DNA of 61,934 nt. Source: a virus. Lineage: Duplodnaviria; Caudoviricetes. Below the pieces are notes generated by a model that saw only the letters and a list, made by a program, of their open reading frames with translations, was not told the DNA's origin and did not search any database. The stretch is taken from IMG/VR virus record IMGVR_UViG_3300031455_000003, positions 1 through 61,934 of that record; one strand, given 5' to 3'. Below, piece after piece: positions 10,148 to 17,840 of the stretch (position 1 is its first letter; each line of letters begins with the position of its first letter). Made by a program: the position numbers and the translations under genes.

Positions 10148-10723
10148 ATGCCACCCGATAATCGCAAGACGGGTAGCGACCCCGACGCGGTCGCCTTCGA
10201 CGCGCTCGGGCGGTTCGGCACGCCCGAGCAGCAGCATGCGTTCGCCACTGCCGTCGCCCGGAGGCAGGCCGTGACCGACGATCACACCCACCGCATCAGC
10301 GCGCTTGAGAGCGGCGTGGCGGCCGTCGTCAGCCGCGTGGCGGGGGTAGAGCGGACCCTGAGCGACATGAGCAGCGAGGCCGCCAGGAGCGGGGCCAGCA
10401 TGCAGGCGCGCGTGGACACCGTCGGCGCGTCCCTCACGGCCAAGATCGACGCGATGGCGAGCGTGGTCGACGGGGTCGCCAAGAAGCAGATCACGGACAC
10501 CGCGTTTCAGGCCGGGGTCGCGCAGCAGATGGCGGCGAGCGCGGCGGCGGCGGAGAAGGCGGCGGAGAGCCGGATGCAATGGCTCCGGCCGGTCTACGGC
10601 ATCGCCATCGCGGCCCTTGTCGGCGCGCTCGGCTCGCTTCTGGCGCTGGGCGTCATCCAGTTCGTTCGGGACACGGCCCGCGTGCCGACGCAAGTCGAGG
10701 TCGAGGTCGGGCCGGCCAAGTAA
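10148..10723 (+). CDS. Coiled-coil protein with C-terminal TM helix (holin/lysis-associated candidate)
   Basis: Heptad-like N-region, hydrophobic VYGIAIAALVGALGSLLALGVIQF, upstream of endolysin. Confidence 0.55.
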   Translation: MPPDNRKTGSDPDAVAFDALGRFGTPEQQHAFATAVARRQAVTDDHTHRISALESGVAAVVSRVAGVERTLSDMSSEAARSGASMQARVDTVGASLTAKIDAMASVVDGVAKKQITDTAFQAGVAQQMAASAAAAEKAAESRMQWLRPVYGIAIAALVGALGSLLALGVIQFVRDTARVPTQVEVEVGPAK

Positions 10724-10798
10724 TTCCGCGCAAAGCGGTTTCGCCTGCCCGAGCGTCAACGGGCCATGCCGCTGCGGCGGCAGACGGAGACTATCATC

Positions 10799-11047
10799 AT
10801 GATCGAATACAAGGTTCGCCCGGTCACCCGGTATGTCGTCACGCGCTTTGAGGGCCAGACCTCGAATGCCGACGGCTCGTGCAAGTGCGGGTCGTCGACC
10901 CACGGTGAGTTCGACAACTCCGAGACGGCTTATGCGGTCGCATATGCGCTTTGCCGGCTGGAGCACGAGAAGTCGGGCGAGCCACTCGACAGCATGAATT
11001 TCATCTATCCGACCGACCCCACCGTTACGGCGATGCGCGCTGACTAG
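10799..11047 (+). CDS. Hypothetical protein
   Basis: GGAGA RBS then ATG; MIEYKVRPVTRYVVTRF. Confidence 0.6.
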   Translation: MIEYKVRPVTRYVVTRFEGQTSNADGSCKCGSSTHGEFDNSETAYAVAYALCRLEHEKSGEPLDSMNFIYPTDPTVTAMRAD

Positions 11048-11055
11048 GCCACTGC

Positions 11056-11075
11056 GGGGCGGCTTCGGTCGCCCC
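11056..11075 (+). terminator. cUUCGg hairpin (terminator-like or stabiliser)
   Basis: GGGGCGGC-TTCG-GTCGCCCC; no U-tract. Confidence 0.4.
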
Positions 11076-11093
11076 CAACCTTCGGAGATTGCC

Positions 11094-11756
11094 ATGAAGG
11101 ACGTGCAGACCGCGCTGCGGGCCGCAGGCTTCGACCCAGGGGGCATCGACGGGAAGTTCGGCCCCGCGACCAAGCGCAGCATCCTCGCCGCCCTAGGGGC
11201 GCTCAGGGCGTCGCAGGGCGCATCGTCGGAGCCCCTTAGTGTCGTCCCTTTCGACTGGATGCCACAGGCCAAGATGGCTCGGGTAATCGTCCACTGGACC
11301 GCTGGCGCGCATCAGCCGAACCAGACCGACAAGGCGCACTACCACATCCTGATCGACGGGACCGGCAAGCTTCACCGGGGCGAGTTCAGCATCAAGGCGA
11401 ACGAAGCGCCGCAGCCGGGCAAGTATGCCGCGCACACGCTCAACGCCAACACCGGCAGCATCGGCGTCTCGCTCTGCGGGATGCTGGGCGCGCAGGAGCG
11501 TCCGTTCGAGCCCGGGCCGTTCCCGATCAACAAGGTGCAGTGGGCGAAGCTGCTCGAGGTGCTGCGCGATCTCTGCCGGCGCTACGGTATCGAGGTGGAC
11601 CAGCGCACCGTGCTGACCCATGCGGAGGTGCAAGCGAACCTCGGGATCGCTCAGCGGGCCAAATGGGATATCGCCGTCCTGCCGTGGATGCCGGGCGCGA
11701 GTAGCGCTCAGGTCATCGGCGCGATGATGCGCAACGAGCTGCGCGCGTTGGTGTGA
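11094..11756 (+). CDS. Endolysin: PG-binding domain + N-acetylmuramoyl-L-alanine amidase (Amidase_2)
   Basis: DVQTALRAAGFDPGGIDGKFGPAT; IVHWTAG, HYHILID, AHTLNANTGSIGV, LTHAEV motifs. Confidence 0.9.
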   Translation: MKDVQTALRAAGFDPGGIDGKFGPATKRSILAALGALRASQGASSEPLSVVPFDWMPQAKMARVIVHWTAGAHQPNQTDKAHYHILIDGTGKLHRGEFSIKANEAPQPGKYAAHTLNANTGSIGVSLCGMLGAQERPFEPGPFPINKVQWAKLLEVLRDLCRRYGIEVDQRTVLTHAEVQANLGIAQRAKWDIAVLPWMPGASSAQVIGAMMRNELRALV

Positions 11757-11962
11757 TGCCCACCCGCGAGCGCCCGCCCCTGCGCAAGCTCACCCGCGCC
11801 AAGCTCAAGCCCAGCGACGGCCCGCTTGCCCGCATCGTCGCCGAGCATAGCGCGCTCCTGCCGCTCGATCGATCCTGCGGCCCGGACGGCTACAGGGTGG
11901 CCGTGGCGCTCGCGCGATGGCGGAAGGGAAATCTCATCACGTATCGGCCGGAAGGCGATTGA
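11756..11962 (+). CDS. Hypothetical protein
   Basis: Coupled to endolysin stop (TGATG). Confidence 0.45.
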   Translation: MPTRERPPLRKLTRAKLKPSDGPLARIVAEHSALLPLDRSCGPDGYRVAVALARWRKGNLITYRPEGD

Positions 11963-12261
11963 TGCGCGGCGGGCCAGCAACAAGCGATTGGCTGATCGTG
12001 CCTAGCCCGAGGGGCGGCCCAGGGGCCTATTCGACACGCAAGACCCGCCGCAGGGGTCTTCATTTGCGCGCGGTGGGTATTGCGGCCTGCGTCCCAGCAA
12101 GACCCTCTGCCCGATACGCCGGTGCAGGTCTGGGCACTAGACCAGCGCCTCCGCGCGCAAATGCTAGCCGCGGGATGGGGCGCTAGCCCCTAGCACAACC
12201 GTCGTGCCGCCCGCCCGCGAACAATACCCCCAATCCTCTGAAACCGCAAGGAGAGCAGCCC

Positions 12262-12564
12262 ATGGCTGACGAACCGCTAAACATTGCTGTGCAGGACAGT
12301 GCGCAGCCGACGAACAAAGTGGCTGCCGCATCCAATGCGGCCGGCGGCGTGGCGGCCGTGGTCGCTGGCGTGATGGCCGCCTACGGGGGCGATGCTATCC
12401 GCGAGATCATGGGTCCGCTCGCCCAGCAGTATCCGTCCGCAACCACCCTTGTCGTCCTCATGGCGACGGGCGTGGCCGCCTACTACGCCACCAAGTTCGG
12501 CGGTCAGGCGGCTGCCTACAACGTGCTCGACAAGCCCAACGTGCCGCTCGCCAAGGCCAACTAA
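12262..12564 (+). CDS. Putative holin (two TM segments)
   Basis: AAGGAG RBS; two hydrophobic helices; in lysis cassette. Confidence 0.6.
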   Translation: MADEPLNIAVQDSAQPTNKVAAASNAAGGVAAVVAGVMAAYGGDAIREIMGPLAQQYPSATTLVVLMATGVAAYYATKFGGQAAAYNVLDKPNVPLAKAN

Positions 12565-12667
12565 ACCGCTGGCGCGCCGAAACAGCGGGGCAATCCCTCT
12601 AATTCGGCGAAAACCCCTGCGCCATCATGGTCTTAGCCTTGGCGCGCCCCAAATCGGAGACTGCCCC

Positions 12668-13009
12668 ATGAAGAAGCTACTCCTCGCGGCCATCGCCGTC
12701 CTGTCCCTCGCCGCCTGCACGGACGGCTTTCGCCTCAAGTCCGCCGACCAGCTCGCGGTCAGCATCTCGCCGAGCACCAAGGCGAAGATCGACAACTTCT
12801 GCAGCGCCACCCTCGTCAGCGACAACATGGCGGCGATCCAAGGCTATGCGAACCTCTACACCGCCTACATCCAGCCGCTGAGCGACAATCTGCCGGCGCT
12901 CGATCTCGACGGGCTCACCAGCCGCGAGCAGGTGGTGAGCGTCGCGGAGATCCGCACCAAGGCGTGCGATCTCTATGTGGCGGGGATGGTGTTCGGGGTG
13001 GTCGGCTAG
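12668..13009 (+). CDS. Lipoprotein (o-spanin or exclusion candidate)
   Basis: MKKLLLAAIAVLSLAAC lipobox; GGAGA RBS. Confidence 0.7.
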   Translation: MKKLLLAAIAVLSLAACTDGFRLKSADQLAVSISPSTKAKIDNFCSATLVSDNMAAIQGYANLYTAYIQPLSDNLPALDLDGLTSREQVVSVAEIRTKACDLYVAGMVFGVVG

Positions 13010-13221
13010 AACGACAGCGGCCCAAACCGCAGCGGTGCTATCTGCGCCCGGATGCGCATGATCTCGTCGCTCTCCCGGATATACTCCGGGCTCATCTGAG
13101 CTCCGGGCGCAGGATTAAGCGCCCGGAGGCGGGCGTAAGCGGCGTCCAGTTCAGCATCGAGCCGCGCCAGTTCCCCTGCCCGGCTCTCGCTCTCGGCAGG
13201 CCCTCGATACACTGACATCAT
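13006..13221 (-). CDS. Hypothetical protein
   Basis: GGAGAGGAGAGG upstream; convergent with lipoprotein. Confidence 0.45.
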   Translation of the reverse strand: MMSVYRGPAESESRAGELARLDAELDAAYARLRALNPAPGAQMSPEYIRESDEIMRIRAQIAPLRFGPLSF

Positions 13222-13244
13222 CCTCTCCTCTCCAGGGTAATCCC

Positions 13245-13502
13245 ATGCCCTACACCGACGACCCGCACGACGCGCTATCTCGGCTCATCAACATGGCGAC
13301 CGGCGGCGACCCGGAGGAGATGTTCAGTAGCCGGACCTATCGCGAGCGGTGGGATCATCCGGTGAACGTCCTCGTCTGGATCGCCGTCGATGCCTATTTC
13401 TTCAAGCTCCGCCGCGAGTGGGCGCATTGCCGGAAGGCGTGCGCTCGGGAGCGTCAGGAGCGGGCGGAGATGCCGGATCGCTGCCGGGCGGCGGGGCTTT
13501 AG
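13245..13502 (+). CDS. Hypothetical phage protein
   Basis: ORF 85 aa, phage-like codon usage. Confidence 0.5.
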   Translation: MPYTDDPHDALSRLINMATGGDPEEMFSSRTYRERWDHPVNVLVWIAVDAYFFKLRREWAHCRKACARERQERAEMPDRCRAAGL

Positions 13503-13643
13503 ACAGCGCCGCCTCAACGATCACACGGTATCTGGCGATCGTTGAGGCCCGGCTCGCCGCACTCATCGTCTGCCAGTAGCCCGGCACCAGGGCGGAAAGC
13601 GCCGCCGCAACCGCCATTTCATCCGTGCACTTCATCTCACCTC

Positions 13644-13931
13644 CTATATGGGCGGGGCGCTGCGGTCGCCCCAATACTCGCTTACGTCAAAGCTTCGCTT
13701 CTGCGGGTCGTGTCGAATGATGTCCCTACGCTTGATCGCCGCTGCGAGGCAATGATCGCACAGACAAAGCTCCAGCCAAGAACCGCCCTCCATGTCGAAC
13801 ACGGCTGATCCGTAGTGTCCGTAGGACATGAACGCGAGACCCCCGCTAGGCTGGAACGCCGCTTCCATGATGTTCGGCATTTTCACATCGCATCGGATGC
13901 AGGTGCACTGAAGCTTGTTCACCCCGTTCAT
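13644..13931 (-). CDS. Hypothetical Cys-rich (zinc-binding) protein
   Basis: CxxC pairs (CIRC, CDHC); AAGGAG RBS. Confidence 0.55.
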   Translation of the reverse strand: MNGVNKLQCTCIRCDVKMPNIMEAAFQPSGGLAFMSYGHYGSAVFDMEGGSWLELCLCDHCLAAAIKRRDIIRHDPQKRSFDVSEYWGDRSAPPI

Positions 13932-13967
13932 CTCCTTTTTCCGGTTCCGCCGCTTCCGACACCCTCA

Positions 13968-14012
13968 TAACACATTGATATTGCTCGGCAATGGCACTAC
14001 CTCCGGGCCTAC
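13968..14012. other. Candidate attP region
   Basis: IHF-consensus TAACACATTGATA (13968-13980) and tRNA-3'-like CCTCCGGGCCTAC (14000-14012) abutting the integrase stop. Confidence 0.3.
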
Positions 14013-14954
14013 TTACGCCTTTGAATCCTTTCGGCGATTCATCCGAAAAACGACCGGATCGGGCGCGCCCATTTTTTCCAGCTTCCCCGTTGCCGAGTCC
14101 GCAGCCCTCGCGCGATCGTAGTGCTTCGAGTAAGTCATCGCCTGCTTGATGTCCTCGTGGCCCAGGCAACTCATGATCTCGTGCGGCGTGCACCCGGCCT
14201 CGGCGAGCCTGCGCCCCATCGCCTTCCTCAGCCCGTGCGGCGCGAGATAGTGGCCATGCTCGTCCTTGCCGCCAAGCCCGGCCTTCGCCGCCCAGGCGCG
14301 CACGCTGTTGCCTAGTCCCTGCGACGACCGCACCAAGCCCGCGTCCGTCTCCAGAAACGTCATCCCCGTAGACCACCGCAGCGCGGCCGCCAGCGGCGGC
14401 AGAATGGCCAAGTCGACCCGAACGCCTGTCTTGTTGCGCCGGTAGAAGATGCGGCCTCCGCGGACGCTTCCGGGGCCGAGTAGCACAACATCGGACGCGG
14501 CAGCTCCTGTGTAGAGCATCAGCACGAGCGCGCGGTGGGGCAAGGTATCCGACCGGTAGTGGGCGAGGAACGCCTCGATCTCGTCCTCGCGCCATGCCCG
14601 GAAGCCATCCGGCTGCGCTGGGGGTAGCTTGCCGATTTTCGCCGCGACGTTCTCGCGAACCATCTCCAGATCGACGCCGTATTGCAGCAGCGCTCGGATC
14701 ACCTTCATCCAGTTGTTCGCCGCGCCAGGCGTGGCGCTCAGGCTGTCCCGCATCTCGAGCACGTTGCCACGCCGCAGCTGCGCGACCGGGATTTTGCCGT
14801 TCAGCGCCGCGAACTCGGCCAGCACCTTGTCGTTCTTCGCCTTCGTCGGATCGGCCCACGCGCGGAACCGCGGCGATTGGCGGAACTTCTCGACCAGATC
14901 GGAGATTGACCCCGGCTCCAGCTTCCCCCGCCGCTTCACTTCCGCGCCCGCCAC
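14013..14954 (-). CDS. int: Tyrosine recombinase/integrase (atypical active site)
   Basis: HGLRK, LGH and C-terminal Tyr (TYS) present; box I reads YTGAAASD without Arg. Confidence 0.85.
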   Translation of the reverse strand: MAGAEVKRRGKLEPGSISDLVEKFRQSPRFRAWADPTKAKNDKVLAEFAALNGKIPVAQLRRGNVLEMRDSLSATPGAANNWMKVIRALLQYGVDLEMVRENVAAKIGKLPPAQPDGFRAWREDEIEAFLAHYRSDTLPHRALVLMLYTGAAASDVVLLGPGSVRGGRIFYRRNKTGVRVDLAILPPLAAALRWSTGMTFLETDAGLVRSSQGLGNSVRAWAAKAGLGGKDEHGHYLAPHGLRKAMGRRLAEAGCTPHEIMSCLGHEDIKQAMTYSKHYDRARAADSATGKLEKMGAPDPVVFRMNRRKDSKA

Positions 14955-15100
14955 TGATGCTCTTCGACCTTCGCCACCACCGCCCCCCGCTTCGCCGTGA
15001 TCACCAGCGTCCGGCTGGTCACCCTGACTACCGCATCATCGGCGTCCCCGCCAAGCAGGGCGCGCACGGCCTCTACGGCGGCGGCAAGCTGCGGGGTCAT
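14936..15100 (-). CDS. Small protein upstream of int (excisionase position)
   Basis: 54 aa, coupled to the upstream gene; position only. Confidence 0.4.
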   Translation of the reverse strand: MTPQLAAAVEAVRALLGGDADDAVVRVTSRTLVITAKRGAVVAKVEEHQWRARK

Positions 15101-15315
15101 GGGCTGGGCGACTGAACTAGATCGACGCGCGTCCCGTCCGACTTGACGAAATAGACGCGCTCCCCCGCCTCGACGCGATCCATAATCGAAGCCAGGTCGC
15201 TGACGGCGGCCTCGAACATATCGCGCCAGAACTTCCGCTCCTGCTCCAGAAGGAGGAGCCGCAAGCGGTCCTCTGCCCTTTGGCTGTAGCGGTCCGGGTC
15301 TTGAATGTTCTCGTG

Positions 15316-15350
15316 GCTCACCCCTGCCTCCCCAGCGCTTCGGCGACGCG
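15316..15350. repeat. 35-bp gene-boundary repeat A, copy 1 (copy 2 at 16273-16307)
   Basis: GCTCACCCCTGCCTCCCCAGCGCTTCGGCGACGCG identical at both sites. Confidence 0.95.
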
Positions 15351-15602
15351 GACCCCAAGGGGTGAGAGCATCTCACCAACCTCTTCGCCGTTCGCCAGCC
15401 CGCTCGCGTAATCCCACGTGCGGGGCACGATCTGACCGTCAGGCGTTATCGCGGCCCAGCAAGTCAGGCCTGCCCGGTTGGCCTTGTATCCGACATTTCC
15501 GCGTGCGCGCTTCGCCGCCCCCTCTTGCTGCAGGGTCAGCAGCCACCGCTTGACGCCAGGCGTCAGCTCCCGCGCGATCTTCTCGGCTTCGGGGTCCGTC
15601 AT
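15318..15602 (-). CDS. Hypothetical protein MTDPEAEKIARELT...RVAEALGRQG
   Basis: Coupled ORF; termini shared with 16275-16511. Confidence 0.7.
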   Translation of the reverse strand: MTDPEAEKIARELTPGVKRWLLTLQQEGAAKRARGNVGYKANRAGLTCWAAITPDGQIVPRTWDYASGLANGEEVGEMLSPLGVRVAEALGRQG

Positions 15603-15627
15603 TCCCGCTCTCCCTGGTCCTGCGCGC
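15561..15627. repeat. 67-bp gene-boundary repeat B, copy 1 (copy 2 at 16470-16536)
   Basis: One mismatch; encodes AQDQGERE-stop plus MTDPEAEKIAR(E/D)LT. Confidence 0.95.
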
Positions 15628-15999
15628 GGGCAGCCTCCGGTAGATCGCGGCGGCGCTGGTCCTTCCGGCATGTTCCTGCGTCGGCCTCTCGGGCGGTCGC
15701 GGCATACCAGCACCCGTCGAAGCCCTCCGTCGTTGCGAAACCGTCCTCGGCGTGATCAAACCACGCGCCGCACTGGTCGCACCAGAACAGGCTGCTGTCG
15801 GCCGTCGCCGCGTCGAGCAACCGCTCGTAGTCGGCGCGTGGGATCGTCACAAAGCTCTCTGCGTCACCCATCGCCGTCCTCGGCCTCGGCGTAGGTCTCG
15901 CGCTCGACCTCGAAGGTCTCGTCGCGGAGTTCGCCGGCTGCGGTCCTATACGTGACGGTGATTTTCCAGAGCATGGGCGGGAGGATAGGACGGCGAAGG

Positions 16000-16278
16000 T
16001 CATGCGTCGATCCCATCACGGAGCCCGGCAAGGATGCCTTCGAGGACCGCCATGCCTTTGGGCTTGCGGATGCGGTAGCGGATGAGCCTGCTGGTTCGCA
16101 GGGCGTCAGGAGCAACGCTATGCCAATTCACCCAGCGCCAGCACCCCTCGTCCGCCGCTTCCCCTTCCGCTTCGAAAAAGCGGCCAGGCACACCCTCCAG
16201 AACGGCCTTTACCCAAAGCCCCACGCACGGACAGCCTTTGCCGTCATGTTCGACCCAAGGCCCCCACTCCCCGCTCAC
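16000..16278 (-). CDS. Hypothetical phage protein (WGPWVEHDGKGCP)
   Basis: Coupled ORF, 92 aa. Confidence 0.65.
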   Translation of the reverse strand: MSGEWGPWVEHDGKGCPCVGLWVKAVLEGVPGRFFEAEGEAADEGCWRWVNWHSVAPDALRTSRLIRYRIRKPKGMAVLEGILAGLRDGIDA

Positions 16279-16511
16279 CCCTGCCTCCCCAGCGCTTCGG
16301 CGACGCGACGGCCGAGGTCGGAAAGCTCAAAGCATTCGCAGGAGTATTGCCGCCTGATCGCAAGGCCCTTGCGCACCAAAGCGTTGAACACGCGAGTTTG
16401 CCCTGCCAGTCCTTTTGTTGCCTGCGATGCTGTCGCCACCATGATCGACAGGTGAAACTGCTGCGGCTCCGTCAGATCCCGCGCGATCTTCTCGGCTTCG
16501 GGGTCCGTCAT
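16275..16511 (-). CDS. Hypothetical protein MTDPEAEKIARDLT...RVAEALGRQG
   Basis: Coupled ORF; winged-helix-like NALVRKGLA. Confidence 0.7.
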   Translation of the reverse strand: MTDPEAEKIARDLTEPQQFHLSIMVATASQATKGLAGQTRVFNALVRKGLAIRRQYSCECFELSDLGRRVAEALGRQG

Positions 16512-16709
16512 TCCCGCTCTCCCTGGTCCTGCGCGCTGGCGCGGAGAAGGCGCTGAACTGCGGGGAAGTGGTCGGCGCCGCACCTGCCGCACTCCCATCC
16601 GGTGTCGAGGCTGCCTCCGCACTTGACGCAAGCTCCTTCGTCAATGTCGAAGCCTGCAGGCAGGAGGAATACGATGTGATCGGCCCACGCCTGAGACGGC
16701 GGCCTGCGA

Positions 16710-17228
16710 TCAGCACTCATCGCCGTCCTCCTGCGCGCGGGCGAGATGGGCGGCGAGGGCGCTTACATTCTGCGCCATTCGCCCAAGCCGATCCATTTCG
16801 GCTATAGTTGACGCGCGCGATCGCTGCCGAGCATCTTCCTCCTCTGGCGTCAGGTCGGCGATTGCCTTCCACATGAAGGCGTGCGGGTGAACGCCATAGG
16901 CCTCCACATAGGCGAAATCGTAGGGCCATTTACCGGGGAAGTGGCCTGTGAAGATGCCCGTCGAGCCGAACTCGATCGCGGCGAAATCAGTGCCGTCCTT
17001 GGGGCAATAGCTGCCGTCCCGCCACCCAAGCTCGCGCAGCCGCTGCTTGCCGCCGCAGATGGCGTTGAGGGCCGCCGCGGTGTGCGGCAGGCGCGCCGCT
17101 AGGGCTGCCCGCGCCGCCTCCATGGCTTCCCACAGCGCCTTGGCCTCGTCGTGCGTCAGGGGAACATGGCTCCCGTCTACCATTGTCTTGTGGCCGGAGA
17201 AGCGCCGCGCGTCGTCAGCTTCGGTCAT
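16710..17228 (-). CDS. Hypothetical protein
   Basis: 172-aa coupled ORF. Confidence 0.65.
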   Translation of the reverse strand: MTEADDARRFSGHKTMVDGSHVPLTHDEAKALWEAMEAARAALAARLPHTAAALNAICGGKQRLRELGWRDGSYCPKDGTDFAAIEFGSTGIFTGHFPGKWPYDFAYVEAYGVHPHAFMWKAIADLTPEEEDARQRSRASTIAEMDRLGRMAQNVSALAAHLARAQEDGDEC

Positions 17229-17542
17229 GGGCGGGGATCCGACTGCAGATACTTCTCAAGCTTGGCTTCCTTCTTGGTCGCCGCGTTCTCGATCAGGACC
17301 GGGTTCAGTATGCCGCCTTCGTCCGTCAAGCGCGCGAGAACAGCAATCAAGTCGCCGATCTCATCCGCGAGCCGCTCAGCGTTCGTGTGAGGCTGGCCCG
17401 GCTGGACCTCGCTGACGCCGAAGCGCAGCGCCTTGCTGGCGCGCTGGGTAACCTCGGCGCATTCCTCCATGAGGATCACCAGCAGTTCGCGCTCGATCCC
17501 CTCCGGCAGCGGCTCGGGGCTGATGAAACGATCTTCACGCAT
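17225..17542 (-). CDS. MazG-like NTP pyrophosphohydrolase
   Basis: EECAEVTQRASKALRFG ... LADEIGDL acidic motif. Confidence 0.75.
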   Translation of the reverse strand: MREDRFISPEPLPEGIERELLVILMEECAEVTQRASKALRFGVSEVQPGQPHTNAERLADEIGDLIAVLARLTDEGGILNPVLIENAATKKEAKLEKYLQSDPRP

Positions 17543-17840
17543 CGCCGCTCTCCTCGGGCGCTAGGGCCATGACGACGAAGCCCGTCTCTATGCCGAGTTG
17601 CCCGCCGGTCAGGATGTAGGAAATGCGCCGGCGGACCGTGTCGGCAGCGCCGGGGATGACGGTGAACCTTCGCTGCAGGTATCCGATAGAGCCGGTGATG
17701 CTGTCGCGCCCGAACCGCCGCAGCACAAGCACGTCGCCCTTCTGGAAACCACGATCGTCTCGCCTGGACTCGAAATTCTTCTCGCCCGAGGCCAGCGCGT
17801 CGAAGTAGGCCGTATCCACTTTCAGTTCGTGCTCACGCAT
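17535..17840 (-). CDS. DUF3850/ASCH-domain protein
   Basis: HELKVDTAYFDALASGEKNFESRRDDRGFQKGDVLVL. Confidence 0.85.
   Translation of the reverse strand: MREHELKVDTAYFDALASGEKNFESRRDDRGFQKGDVLVLRRFGRDSITGSIGYLQRRFTVIPGAADTVRRRISYILTGGQLGIETGFVVMALAPEESGDA

Noticed and set aside
11962-12260. tRNA gene
   Set aside because: No cloverleaf with canonical D and T loops; kept only as a generic structured RNA candidate.
14013-14954. Invertase/shufflon acting on tail fibre genes
   Set aside because: No inverted fibre cassettes or inverted crossover repeats seen in the tail region.
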